From an uncultured virus (IMG/VR IMGVR_UViG_3300032222_000250) (lineage: Duplodnaviria > Heunggongvirae > Uroviricota > Caudoviricetes), in IMG/VR virus record IMGVR_UViG_3300032222_000250: DNA of 20,000 nt; one strand, 5' to 3'. Below the pieces are notes generated by a model. The model was given only the letters and a program-made list of their open reading frames with translations. It did no database searches and had not been told where the DNA came from. Within the stretch, counting starts at the first letter, position 1; the number at the start of each line of letters is the position of its first letter. Of this stretch, positions 1 to 8,889 are shown one piece after another. Made by a program: the position numbers and the translations under genes.

Positions 1-390
1 AAGTTTTTGACGTTCAGGGATAAGTTATCAAAACCTGATTGGGTTGAACATTTTAATAAGATATCTCATTTTAGATTGGGGGATTTTGGTGATGTAATTG
101 ATGAGTTTGATAGTCCTACTACATACTTCTATGTGGACCCTCCATATTGGAAGACAGAGAACTATTATTCTAATCACGACTTTGATGTGGACGACCACAA
201 GAGACTTGCGGACAAGTTAACATCAATAAGTGGAAAATTTTCTCTTTCATATTATGACTTTGATTTACTATCTTTGTGGTATCCAAAAGAAACTTACACA
301 TGGGAAATGAAGGAGTTTGCTAAGGCGGCTTCAGCGACCAAGGGTAAGACACAGAACATGGGTCAAGAACTTTTAATAATGAATTATTAA
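1..390 (+). CDS. Dam-like (D12 class) DNA adenine methyltransferase, C-terminal part (5' truncated by window edge)
   Basis: Frame open from base 1. FYVDPPY catalytic motif IV, followed by 'F...DHKRLA', 'KFSLSYYD' and terminal 'ELLIMNY', typical of the D12/Dam family. Confidence 0.88.
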   Translation, partial: KFLTFRDKLSKPDWVEHFNKISHFRLGDFGDVIDEFDSPTTYFYVDPPYWKTENYYSNHDFDVDDHKRLADKLTSISGKFSLSYYDFDLLSLWYPKETYTWEMKEFAKAASATKGKTQNMGQELLIMNY

Positions 391-409
391 AAAAACCACA
401 ATTTATAGA

Positions 410-417
410 TATTTATA
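410..417 (+). promoter_or_regulatory. TATTTATA motif, putative phage-specific (late) promoter
   Basis: Same motif sits just upstream of starts at 7056, 12264 (+) and 6745, 6946, 16081 (-). Confidence 0.55.
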
Positions 418-434
418 TGACAAAAGGTAAAGAA

Positions 435-1793
435 ATGAGATTTCAAGATTTATTGAAGACGGTTATTGTTGAACAATCAAGAATGGATGTCTTGGCGGAC
501 AAGCTTACTAAAGCCGAAAAGGGTAAGAAACCCTTATTAACTCCTGAGGAGTTATTTGCATTGGTTGTGGCTGACCCACAGACTAAAGTTGCTGAAGGTG
601 TTGACATAGATAATTTTGATGGTGACTTTTCTGTTGTCAAAAAAGTTGGACCATATGCTCAATGGATAATCAAAACTTACCTTAACCAACGTCCAAAAGA
701 TGAGGAAGGACAATTCCGTGATTTATCTGATAAAATGGCGGCAAATGCGGCTAAAATTATGAGAGCTCAATTCATGGAGGACCTTTATAAAATCACCGCT
801 GACTTACAAAAGTTTGACAGACATAAGGGTAAAATACCTTCAGAATTAAGAGATATCAATAAGTTAACACCTGAAAAACTTTATGACTTGGTTAAAGATT
901 TCTCAATGGAGAAAACCAAAGCATCTAAAGAAGAAAAGAAATTGGCATCTCAAACTTATGAGCATCCAGGTGGAGAGATTGTATTCCGTGGTCCTAATTG
1001 GACAATCGCTAAAGTTGAAGACAAAGGTCAGTTGGGTAAAGACGCGGCTTGTTTCTATGGTGGTAATCAGTTGGAACCAAGTAAAGGTGAAACAAGATGG
1101 TGTACATCAGCACCTGGTTTAAGTTGGTTTGACCGTTACATTAAAGATGGTCCTTTATATGTTGTTATCCCTAACGAATCAGGTGGAAAGGTAGGTCAAG
1201 TATCAGGTCTTCCAGCTGAAAGATATCAGTTCCACTTCCCATCTAATCAATTTATGGATGTTCATGACCGTAGCGTTGACTTGGTTCAATTATTAAATGG
1301 TCCAATGAAGGAATTAAAACCTTACTTCAAACATGAATTTGCTAAAGGTTTATCTAAAGATGCCAAATCTGGTAAAGAATTGGTTGTTGATTACCCAAGA
1401 GATTCTTCATCTAAGTATGTTGCCTTGTATGGTTGGGATGATTTGTTTAAGAACATTGACCCTGGTACTGAAAGAATTGATTTTACAAACTCTTCAAACG
1501 AACCTTTGGATTTATCATTCCCTAAAGAGTTAGCTAACTTGAAAAACCTTCAAACTTTTTATGTTGAAAAGGGTTTGAGTAAAGTTCCTGATGAATTGAA
1601 AGACCTTAAGAATCTTGAGTTCTTATCACTTCCAAACAACCCTAATTTGAAAGAACTTCCTGAATGGATTGCTGACCTTCCAAATTTGATTGCGTTGTCT
1701 GTTAAAGGAACTAATCCTGATTTGAAAATACCTGAAAGACTACAACAACGTTTTGTTGAGAATGGTGGTGAAGTTTGGTTCGTTCAAAACTAA
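435..1793 (+). CDS. Phage protein with central 'CFYG..ETRWCT' domain and C-terminal leucine-rich repeats
   Basis: ATG 435 (MRFQDLLK..) preferred over 417, which overlaps the TATTTATA motif. C-terminal LRR-type repeats (LANLKNLQTF, LKDLKNLEFLSLPNNPNLKELPEWIADLPNLIALSV). Central domain aligns by eye with 7056..8846. Confidence 0.75.
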   Translation: MRFQDLLKTVIVEQSRMDVLADKLTKAEKGKKPLLTPEELFALVVADPQTKVAEGVDIDNFDGDFSVVKKVGPYAQWIIKTYLNQRPKDEEGQFRDLSDKMAANAAKIMRAQFMEDLYKITADLQKFDRHKGKIPSELRDINKLTPEKLYDLVKDFSMEKTKASKEEKKLASQTYEHPGGEIVFRGPNWTIAKVEDKGQLGKDAACFYGGNQLEPSKGETRWCTSAPGLSWFDRYIKDGPLYVVIPNESGGKVGQVSGLPAERYQFHFPSNQFMDVHDRSVDLVQLLNGPMKELKPYFKHEFAKGLSKDAKSGKELVVDYPRDSSSKYVALYGWDDLFKNIDPGTERIDFTNSSNEPLDLSFPKELANLKNLQTFYVEKGLSKVPDELKDLKNLEFLSLPNNPNLKELPEWIADLPNLIALSVKGTNPDLKIPERLQQRFVENGGEVWFVQN

Positions 1794-2083
1794 TGTTTAT
1801 GAATGTAGATGTTGAAATCTATTTAAAACAAATTTTTCATTTTTTTGATGTCAATCCTGACCAATTAAAAATATTGATTGGTGATATGAGCAAAGACAAA
1901 TTCTATGACAAGATTAAAGTCAAAGTGTATGAACATGCTGATAAAGGTGATGAACTTGAATTAACCCGAAAAGAAATGGTTGATTTAATATTTGAATTAT
2001 TCAATGAAACACACAAGACAGATGTCAAAGTAAAACAGTCACCATTTATGAAGACTGGTTTTGGTTTGGTTGGTTTAAACTAA
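1793..2083 (+). CDS. Hypothetical protein
   Basis: TAATG stop/start overlap at 1791-1795 (alternative ATG 1799); fills the gap between genes. Confidence 0.75.
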   Translation: MFMNVDVEIYLKQIFHFFDVNPDQLKILIGDMSKDKFYDKIKVKVYEHADKGDELELTRKEMVDLIFELFNETHKTDVKVKQSPFMKTGFGLVGLN

Positions 2084-2100
2084 TTTTTTTATTATCTTTG
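2069..2100 (+). promoter_or_regulatory. Bacteroidetes-type sigma-A promoter (GTTG-N20-TATCTTTG)
   Basis: TATCTTTG at 2093-2100, TTG at 2070-2072, ATG 4 nt after the -7 box. Confidence 0.7.
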
Positions 2101-2104
2101 TAAA

Positions 2105-3784
2105 ATGGAACCATTATTAAAAAATGTGTTTGAAGAATTTCATTGTAGAAAATTCTATGACCATTGTGATATACAAAGAGATTTTGACTTGGCTAAAAGT
2201 ATTAAGAATGATGGTAAGAAAAAACGTTATTTTTTTAGACCTGATGGTCGTTTAAATACAATTGATAAAGAAACTTATTTAGAAAACTATGGAAATAAGT
2301 TATGGAACATTCATCACAATAGAGTTACATTAGTTTTAGAAGACAATGAGGATAAAGTAAGTATTAAGGCGTATTTCTATATAAAGTATAGAACGGAAGG
2401 AAAACATTATTTTGTGACCAATAAGAGAGTTGAATTTTTAACTTTTAATAAAAAAAGTAAAATTGTTTATGTTGGTATAAAATACAATAAAGGTAAACAA
2501 TCATATGTTAGGTCCAATGCTTGGAATGGTATGATTAATGATTTTTTTAGTAGATTATCTGCTTTATGTAAGACACATTTTCCTAATGATGGTGAAGGGA
2601 TGTTTATTAATTATTCTAATGTTTTTTTTAATAAAGTTTTTGGTTATGAAAAAAACATATCTGAAAATGGTAAATTTAATCCTACCAACTTACTTATAAC
2701 AAATTATCTTACATTACACAATGTTGTAGTACCCAACAACTATTTGGCATTTTTTAACAATGGGGAGACTATGACAATGAAAGAGTTAAGAAAATCACAT
2801 CTTAACTTAATTGAAGCCGCGGAAAAAAAATATGGTTTAAGTGGTAAAAAATTCCATCGTATTTTACATTTGGTGAATTGTATTAATTCAAATCTTATTA
2901 ATTTCGTTCAAAATATTGTTTCACCAAAATATCTTAAATCACGACCTGATGATGAAATTTTAGGATTGTTTCAGTATAGAGATTACTTTGATGTAAGAAA
3001 TTACACAAGACTTTTAAACAGACACATTACTGATAAAGAAAGAAATAATGTTTATACATGTCTTGTTAATGCTGTTATGAATGGTGGTAGTGTCTATACC
3101 TTTATGGACCATATTAAATTTTACCTTACATTAAAATTACGGTATAATGAAGATGTTATATGGAGAAGTAAAACTAATAGTGAGTTTACGGTTGAACATA
3201 TAGAATATTCAAATAAAATAGCTCTTCATAGAGATGGTGAATGGAATAGAATATACTCACAACAATTCTTTGATGGTATAGGTAAAGAGATAGCCACACC
3301 TCAAGGTGCTGTGTATTATCCTATTTTGTTTACAAAACAATACGAATATTTTGACGAATCAGAACATCAATCAAATTGTGTTAAAACTTATCACAAAAAC
3401 GTACACTGTTTTATTATATCGTTAAGGGAGGGTAGTTCTGAATCAAAAGAAAGAGCAACCATTGAATACCGATGGAATTACTCTAATTCAAAATTTGAAA
3501 GAAAACAAAGTCTTGGAAGGTTTAATAAAAATTTGGATTCCAAATGGAACTTCGCACTTGAAGAACTTGATAATCAAGTTATGTTGGCTGTTAAACATTT
3601 TAAGTTTGAAGATTTTAAAATGACAAAAACAACACAAACAGAAACCATCAAATACAATGTGGTTAAAAATTCTATGAGTGAATATAGATTACTACAGGAT
3701 GGTATTATAAACACAAATGACAATTCAGAAATAACCAATGAAGAATATTTACAAAATATTATCATGTTTGATTTGGATTTCTAA
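2105..3784 (+). CDS. PcfJ-like domain protein
   Basis: C-terminal 'ESEHQSNCVKTY...FIISLR...RATIEY...QSLGRFN' matches the PcfJ-like pattern (ExxxxxNCVxxY, ISLR, TIE). Confidence 0.75.
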   Translation: MEPLLKNVFEEFHCRKFYDHCDIQRDFDLAKSIKNDGKKKRYFFRPDGRLNTIDKETYLENYGNKLWNIHHNRVTLVLEDNEDKVSIKAYFYIKYRTEGKHYFVTNKRVEFLTFNKKSKIVYVGIKYNKGKQSYVRSNAWNGMINDFFSRLSALCKTHFPNDGEGMFINYSNVFFNKVFGYEKNISENGKFNPTNLLITNYLTLHNVVVPNNYLAFFNNGETMTMKELRKSHLNLIEAAEKKYGLSGKKFHRILHLVNCINSNLINFVQNIVSPKYLKSRPDDEILGLFQYRDYFDVRNYTRLLNRHITDKERNNVYTCLVNAVMNGGSVYTFMDHIKFYLTLKLRYNEDVIWRSKTNSEFTVEHIEYSNKIALHRDGEWNRIYSQQFFDGIGKEIATPQGAVYYPILFTKQYEYFDESEHQSNCVKTYHKNVHCFIISLREGSSESKERATIEYRWNYSNSKFERKQSLGRFNKNLDSKWNFALEELDNQVMLAVKHFKFEDFKMTKTTQTETIKYNVVKNSMSEYRLLQDGIINTNDNSEITNEEYLQNIIMFDLDF

Positions 3785-3802
3785 AAATTATCAGTATCTT
3801 TG
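3772..3802 (+). promoter_or_regulatory. Bacteroidetes-type promoter (TTTG-N19-TATCTTTG)
   Basis: TTTG 3772-3775 and TATCTTTG 3795-3802: full consensus, upstream of the 3837 operon. Confidence 0.75.
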
Positions 3803-3836
3803 TATAACAATCTAACAACATAAAAACATATAAGAA

Positions 3837-3989
3837 ATGGCTAAGAAACCCGCAAAATCAACCTCAAGCTTCTCATTGAAGTACAAAGAAAAGGCAAAAG
3901 TATCTCGTCCTGGTGTCCACGCAAAAACAAAGACATCCAAACACAAACAATCCAAGAATTATAAAAAAGCGTATCGCGGTCAAGGTTAA
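3837..3989 (+). CDS. Small highly basic protein (50 aa) ending KNYKKAYRGQG; not in the ORF track
   Basis: Manual translation MAKKPAKSTSSFSLKYKEKAKVSRPGVHAKTKTSKHKQSKNYKKAYRGQG*. A-rich leader after a promoter; TAATG coupling to the next gene. Confidence 0.85.
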   Translation: MAKKPAKSTSSFSLKYKEKAKVSRPGVHAKTKTSKHKQSKNYKKAYRGQG

Positions 3990-4309
3990 TGGATTACCCT
4001 GATAAAATAGAAAGAGTAATCCTACATCTTGAAAAAGAAAATGGTGTTCCCCTATCCGAAATTGAGGTGGGGGAACTTACCATTGTGGATGAAATTTTCA
4101 AAATGAAACAAATATATTTGGATATTACGTCTAGTGGAAATATTACTAAAGGGGTTTACGAAACAAGTGCATCTTTCTATATTTATATAAGACAAATCAA
4201 CCCATCATTTTATGCTCTAAAGATATACTTTAGACCTGAACAATATGATGAAGTGATATTTTTTATAACAAGATTAAAGAAAAAACAAAATGCAAGAACT
4301 AACAGCTGA
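3989..4309 (+). CDS. Hypothetical protein
   Basis: 106 aa ORF, translationally coupled upstream and overlapping the thioredoxin start. Confidence 0.75.
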   Translation: MDYPDKIERVILHLEKENGVPLSEIEVGELTIVDEIFKMKQIYLDITSSGNITKGVYETSASFYIYIRQINPSFYALKIYFRPEQYDEVIFFITRLKKKQNARTNS

Positions 4310-4586
4310 ACAATTGAGAGAGAAGATGGAATCTGGTGAAAGATTCATAATTGATTACTTTGCCACTTGGTGTGGACCATGTAAAATGTTAAGTCGTATC
4401 TTGGAAACAAGTGGTGACAAATTGGGTGTTCCAATTTACAAATTTGATGTAGATTCAGACCGTACCTTTACAATGGAACAAAACATCCGTAGTGTACCAA
4501 CACTTAAACTTTACGAAGGTTCTTCAGTAGTTAAATCTCACACAGGTATTCTACAAGAATCTCAATTTGAAACATTTGTAAACTAA
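4290..4586 (+). CDS. trxA: Thioredoxin
   Basis: DYFATWCGPCK active site, 'IRSVPTL' cis-Pro loop, 98 aa. Confidence 0.92.
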   Translation: MQELTAEQLREKMESGERFIIDYFATWCGPCKMLSRILETSGDKLGVPIYKFDVDSDRTFTMEQNIRSVPTLKLYEGSSVVKSHTGILQESQFETFVN

Positions 4587-4858
4587 TGAAACATGTGTTA
4601 GTTTTCACGATGGATGGATGTCCACATTGTTCTGACTTCAAAGATATGTTAACCAAAGAGGGTATTGAATATATTGAAGCAGATATCAATGAAAACGAAG
4701 AAGAGTATAATTTGTTTGTTAAAGTAACTGATAATGAATATGTACCGGCAATAATGATTATTGAAGAAGGTACAACAGATGCTAAGTTTTATGCACCTGA
4801 CAGAGACTTTCAAGAGTTGGAAGAAGCGGTTACCCTTATTCGTGAACAAATTGCGTAA
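4586..4858 (+). CDS. Glutaredoxin/NrdH-like redoxin
   Basis: VFTMDGCPHC motif, 'YVPAI' cis-Pro motif, 90 aa, TAATG overlap with thioredoxin. Confidence 0.88.
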   Translation: MKHVLVFTMDGCPHCSDFKDMLTKEGIEYIEADINENEEEYNLFVKVTDNEYVPAIMIIEEGTTDAKFYAPDRDFQELEEAVTLIREQIA

Positions 4859-4864
4859 CTCTTT

Positions 4865-5671
4865 TTAAAAGAGAATTAATTCATCCATCTTATAATGTTC
4901 ATTCCATGGCTTGTCGGCTATTGGTAAAAACAAATCATCATTAATATCATAGTCAATGATTGCTTCGTCAATTTTATAATCACATAAAACATCAAGAGCG
5001 ACTGATGATAGTTTTTGATTGCTCCATCTTGAGTTTGTTCTTATTTTGAACATAGTATCATTCATTGTAAATGTTTCAGGTGTTTCACCCCAAGTATGGA
5101 TGTCCATCACTTTTGATTTTGATACCCTGAACAGGTTGTAGGCGATAAACTCCATTGAGTATAGTTTCTTTCTTAATTCTTTTGAGTAACCGTGTGGGTA
5201 TTGACTGTGATAAGTAGAACTTGAAAGATATGTTAAACTGTTGTCATCAAAAAAGAATGAAGATACGTTTGAGTAATCCTCACCAATACTAACAATATTA
5301 CTTGATTTATAATCTTTTTCAATGTATGTACTGAGTTGATATTCATTATACAATGGTCTTGGGGTATTGTAGAACCTGTGCCAGTTTTGATTGTATGATG
5401 ATGATGTGTTGTATCTGATATTATCAATGAATCTTAATTTCGTACTTGGAAAATCATATTTGTATTTTTCTTTAAACATTTCAAATTGTTTTGGTAGGTT
5501 AAAGAATTCATTATCAGATGTAACTGAACCTGACACAACCATAATGGATGGAAAATAATATGATACTTGGAAGGTGTTTTCGTTAATTAAACTATCACCA
5601 ACTTGTTCTAATAAATGATTTGCAAAATGATTAATAATTCCTTCTATAGAATCGGGGTTGATTAAATTCAT
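4865..5671 (-). CDS. Hypothetical protein, possible degenerate S-adenosylmethionine synthetase (MetK)-like fold
   Basis: 268 aa ORF. N- and C-terminal segments parallel the MetK N- and C-domains by eye; catalytic signatures absent (see findings). Confidence 0.5.
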   Translation of the reverse strand: [268 protein letters not shown]

Positions 5672-5716
5672 ATTGGTAAAAACTTATGAATTTAATTTGA
5701 TAGTATAAAGGGTTAA

Positions 5717-6745
5717 TTAAATTTCAACGTATTCATTATAAGATTTTTTAACATCATCAAAATCTGGATAATCAGGAATTCTAAAATCAATACGGTCAAG
5801 ACCATCATTAAATAATTCGTTTAACATTTCCTTGAAAGAACCATAATATTCAATTGGGTTGTAGTTGTTTTTCCAATTCATGAAAAATTCTCTGAATAAA
5901 TAATCAAATGTGTTGGTTACATCAATTGCGTAAGTCCAAATATCATTTCCGGCACGATTGGTACCTACATTAACCATCTTACCTGAATCACCAAAAAACC
6001 CTTCTAATCCACCATATACATTTTTGGATAACTCATCTTCATATGCTGTGTTAAATGCATTCCAATATGCACTTTCCATATCACTTCTTAAATCAGGAAA
6101 AAAATTCTTTATAATATATTTGGTAGTTTTCTCATCTTCTAATAATTCAGTAATATTATCGGCAGTAATACTTAAAGTTTCAGGTTGACCTTCAATTTCC
6201 CAAAGTTCTTCTAAAAATGATGTTTGTTCAATATCATCTGAAGTTAATGGTGGTAATTCGGAAACAATTTTATTTGCCAATAAACTTTTATTATTGTCAT
6301 TCAATGTTTCTATACAATCATCATAAAAATCATTAATAACATCATTAAAATGTTCATTGAAATCCTCATTAAAAACTGTTTCAGCAGCATTACGAGCGGT
6401 TCCATCTCTTCCTCTATCATCAAAGGCCGTCAATAAATCATCTTTATCTGTTAGCCAAATAATTCTATCATTCTGAACAACTAAATCACTTTCTAAAAAC
6501 TCACTAATAAAATGTTTAAAATACTCAAATTTATCAGGTGCTGCTTGGTATTGTTCCCAAATCAATAAGTCTTGTAATCCTTCATCAAAAAAGAATTGAT
6601 TTTTTGGGTCCAAATAATGTTCTTCAGGATTACCTTTTGATAAAACAAATCTTATGAATTGTTCTGGTCCACCAAAGTTTTTGGCGACACCAATGGGATT
6701 ATCATAAAATTTATCTATTAGGGCTGATATTTTATCTTCCATCAT
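5717..6745 (-). CDS. Acidic hypothetical protein
   Basis: Long D/E-rich ORF. Start reassigned to MMEDK (6745 or 6742) because the longer start lies inside a terminator hairpin; TATTTATA at 6755-6748 just upstream. Confidence 0.8.
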   Translation of the reverse strand: MMEDKISALIDKFYDNPIGVAKNFGGPEQFIRFVLSKGNPEEHYLDPKNQFFFDEGLQDLLIWEQYQAAPDKFEYFKHFISEFLESDLVVQNDRIIWLTDKDDLLTAFDDRGRDGTARNAAETVFNEDFNEHFNDVINDFYDDCIETLNDNNKSLLANKIVSELPPLTSDDIEQTSFLEELWEIEGQPETLSITADNITELLEDEKTTKYIIKNFFPDLRSDMESAYWNAFNTAYEDELSKNVYGGLEGFFGDSGKMVNVGTNRAGNDIWTYAIDVTNTFDYLFREFFMNWKNNYNPIEYYGSFKEMLNELFNDGLDRIDFRIPDYPDFDDVKKSYNEYVEI

Positions 6746-6756
6746 AATATAAATAC

Positions 6757-6785
6757 AAAAAAAATGGGAAGTTTTCACTTCCCAT
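6757..6785 (-). terminator. Rho-independent terminator
   Basis: ATGGGAAG-TTTTCA-CTTCCCAT inverted repeat followed by a T-run on the minus strand, just downstream of the 6946-6797 ORF. Confidence 0.8.
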
Positions 6786-6796
6786 ATTAAAGAGTA

Positions 6797-6946
6797 TTAT
6801 TTTTTTTGATTGTAATACTTTTGGACCGTCTTTTTAATTGCTTGTTGAATTGTTTGACTTTGATTTTGTCCTCTGTTAATTGGTTGACCCTGTGGTTGTG
6901 CTGGTGGTTGTTGCACAATACCGTTGTTTTTACATCCGCATCCCAT
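6797..6946 (-). CDS. Small Gln/Pro-rich protein (49 aa) starting MGCGCK; not in the ORF track
   Basis: Manual translation MGCGCKNNGIVQQPPAQPQGQPINRGQNQSQTIQQAIKKTVQKYYNQKK*. TATTTATG upstream (6981-6974) and a terminator downstream. Confidence 0.8.
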   Translation of the reverse strand: MGCGCKNNGIVQQPPAQPQGQPINRGQNQSQTIQQAIKKTVQKYYNQKK

Positions 6947-7035
6947 AGTTTTATATTATTAAGGTTTATTATACATAAATAGTTGTTTAATACAATCTGT
7001 TTATTAAGTTTGTGTGTATATTACAAGTTTATCAA

Positions 7036-7043
7036 TATTTATA
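7036..7043 (+). promoter_or_regulatory. TATTTATA motif, putative late promoter
   Basis: 12 nt upstream of ATG 7056 in a divergent intergenic region. Confidence 0.55.
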
Positions 7044-7055
7044 GTAAATTGAATA

Positions 7056-8846
7056 ATGAAATTTATTAATTTGTTATTAGAGGGAAGAGAAGATGACTTC
7101 AAAAATACTTACGGGAAAAAGTTTTCTCCCGAAAAGTTAGACGCCATTATTAATATGGTTAATGAAATTCCAAATGGGTCAAAGTTTTTGACTTTCTTGG
7201 GTAAAACATTACCTCAAACAATTCCTGATGGACTATTAGATGAGAAAGTAAAAGATACTTTAAAGAAGTTTGTTTCTATTGGTCCCAACTTACAAATCAA
7301 AGATATTAATCAATACAAAACATTTGCTGAATTATACTCGGCAATTCAAGAATATGAAACTAGAATAAGAAGAACTGTTAAGTCTGTTGATGGTGCGGAT
7401 ATTGTTTTTGAAAATGACCAATTTACCGTTGTTGCACCACTTACAACATCAGCGTCTTGTTATTATGGTGCAGGTACCAAATGGTGTACAGCATCAAGTG
7501 CCGATAATACACACTTTAACAACTATATGAAGGATGGAAAATTGTTTTACATATTAGATAAAACAAAACCAACATCTGATAGATTTTATAAGGTTGCTTT
7601 GTTAAAGAAATTTGATGGTGATGAAAGTTATTTTGATGCTCCTGACCAAAAATTCACTAGTGGTTGGATTATGGGTACAAATGAACTTGCTCGTATAAAA
7701 CAGTATATTGATTTATATATCAGGGAGAAATATTCTAAGGAACTTGAAATTTGGGGTGATAAAGAAAAGGCAGCAATTGAAAGAAAAAGATTACAGAGAA
7801 TAGAACAACAAAGAATTGAAAATGATTTAATCGCATCTGCTAATCAAAGAAGAGAAGATAATGAGTGGAGTATGGATAATATATCTCAAGGTGATATGGG
7901 TTCTTGTGCTTACGCTCTTTTTAAGTTTTTAATTAGTGAAGGAACGATTGAAGCAAAAACACCTGAAAATATAGAAAGACTTCAACAAGCCAAACAACAA
8001 TTGGAGGTACTTCAAACAAGACTTGACAATGAAGAGAATGCTAATGAAGATATTGATTTAGTTTCTGAGATTGAAGTTTTGGAAGATGAAATCACTGAAT
8101 TGGAAAAGTTAAAAGATGTTTATGATATGTTACCTATTGGTGATTATGTTTTAAAAGAATTTACTACAACAGATTTTCAAGGTAGATGGAAAGTTGGTGA
8201 TACTAGTGATACTGAAAGAGAAGCTGTACGATATGTAAAAGATATGTTGGATGATGTGGGTTATGATGGTTTTAACCAATCATTTATTATGGAACATTTT
8301 GACGATGATAGCTTTAAAAATTATTTAAGAGAGTTTTTTGAAGAGGATGTTTATAATAATCCTGAGGTTTATTTAGATGATAGTGATAAAGAATTGAGTC
8401 GTAGTCAAGAAGCTAGAATTATTGAATTAAAACAAATGGTTTCAGATTTAGAGTCTGAAAGAAATAATTTAGATGATGAGGATGAAGATTATAGTGATGA
8501 ATACGATAGAATAGGTGGTGAGATTGATGAGGCAAATAATGAAATTGAAGAAATTGAATCAGACCCTGATGGTGAATATGATAGTAATAAGTTAGATTCT
8601 ATAGTTTTAGATAGAATATCTGAATATAGATATGATGCTAAAGATTTTTATGAAAATTATTTGGGTGGTGATGACTTTGAAAATTGGATAACATCTAACG
8701 GTTTTATTGATGAAGATGAGTTTGCTCAAGCGGTTGTTGATGCTGATGGATATGGTGCAACTTTGAATAACTATGACGGAAGTGAAGAAAGTGTGTCTTT
8801 TGAAGGTGAAACTTACCACATTTTCTATGATGGTGACTTTCATTAA
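7056..8846 (+). CDS. Phage protein with 'CYYGAGTKWCT' domain, coiled coils and very acidic C-terminus
   Basis: 596 aa. N-terminal domain paralogous to 435..1793; heptad E/L-rich segments follow. Confidence 0.8.
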   Translation: MKFINLLLEGREDDFKNTYGKKFSPEKLDAIINMVNEIPNGSKFLTFLGKTLPQTIPDGLLDEKVKDTLKKFVSIGPNLQIKDINQYKTFAELYSAIQEYETRIRRTVKSVDGADIVFENDQFTVVAPLTTSASCYYGAGTKWCTASSADNTHFNNYMKDGKLFYILDKTKPTSDRFYKVALLKKFDGDESYFDAPDQKFTSGWIMGTNELARIKQYIDLYIREKYSKELEIWGDKEKAAIERKRLQRIEQQRIENDLIASANQRREDNEWSMDNISQGDMGSCAYALFKFLISEGTIEAKTPENIERLQQAKQQLEVLQTRLDNEENANEDIDLVSEIEVLEDEITELEKLKDVYDMLPIGDYVLKEFTTTDFQGRWKVGDTSDTEREAVRYVKDMLDDVGYDGFNQSFIMEHFDDDSFKNYLREFFEEDVYNNPEVYLDDSDKELSRSQEARIIELKQMVSDLESERNNLDDEDEDYSDEYDRIGGEIDEANNEIEEIESDPDGEYDSNKLDSIVLDRISEYRYDAKDFYENYLGGDDFENWITSNGFIDEDEFAQAVVDADGYGATLNNYDGSEESVSFEGETYHIFYDGDFH

Positions 8847-8889
8847 TCTTTAGTATTCATAATCCATAAACCTTTTTTATTATTAGTTT

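Noticed and set aside
4290..4858. Thioredoxin-glutaredoxin pair as a novel system
   Set aside because: Common accessory genes supporting ribonucleotide reduction in large phages.
8300..8800. GAT/GAA-rich quasi-repeats
   Set aside because: Explained by Asp/Glu-rich coding sequence; no true tandem repeat unit.
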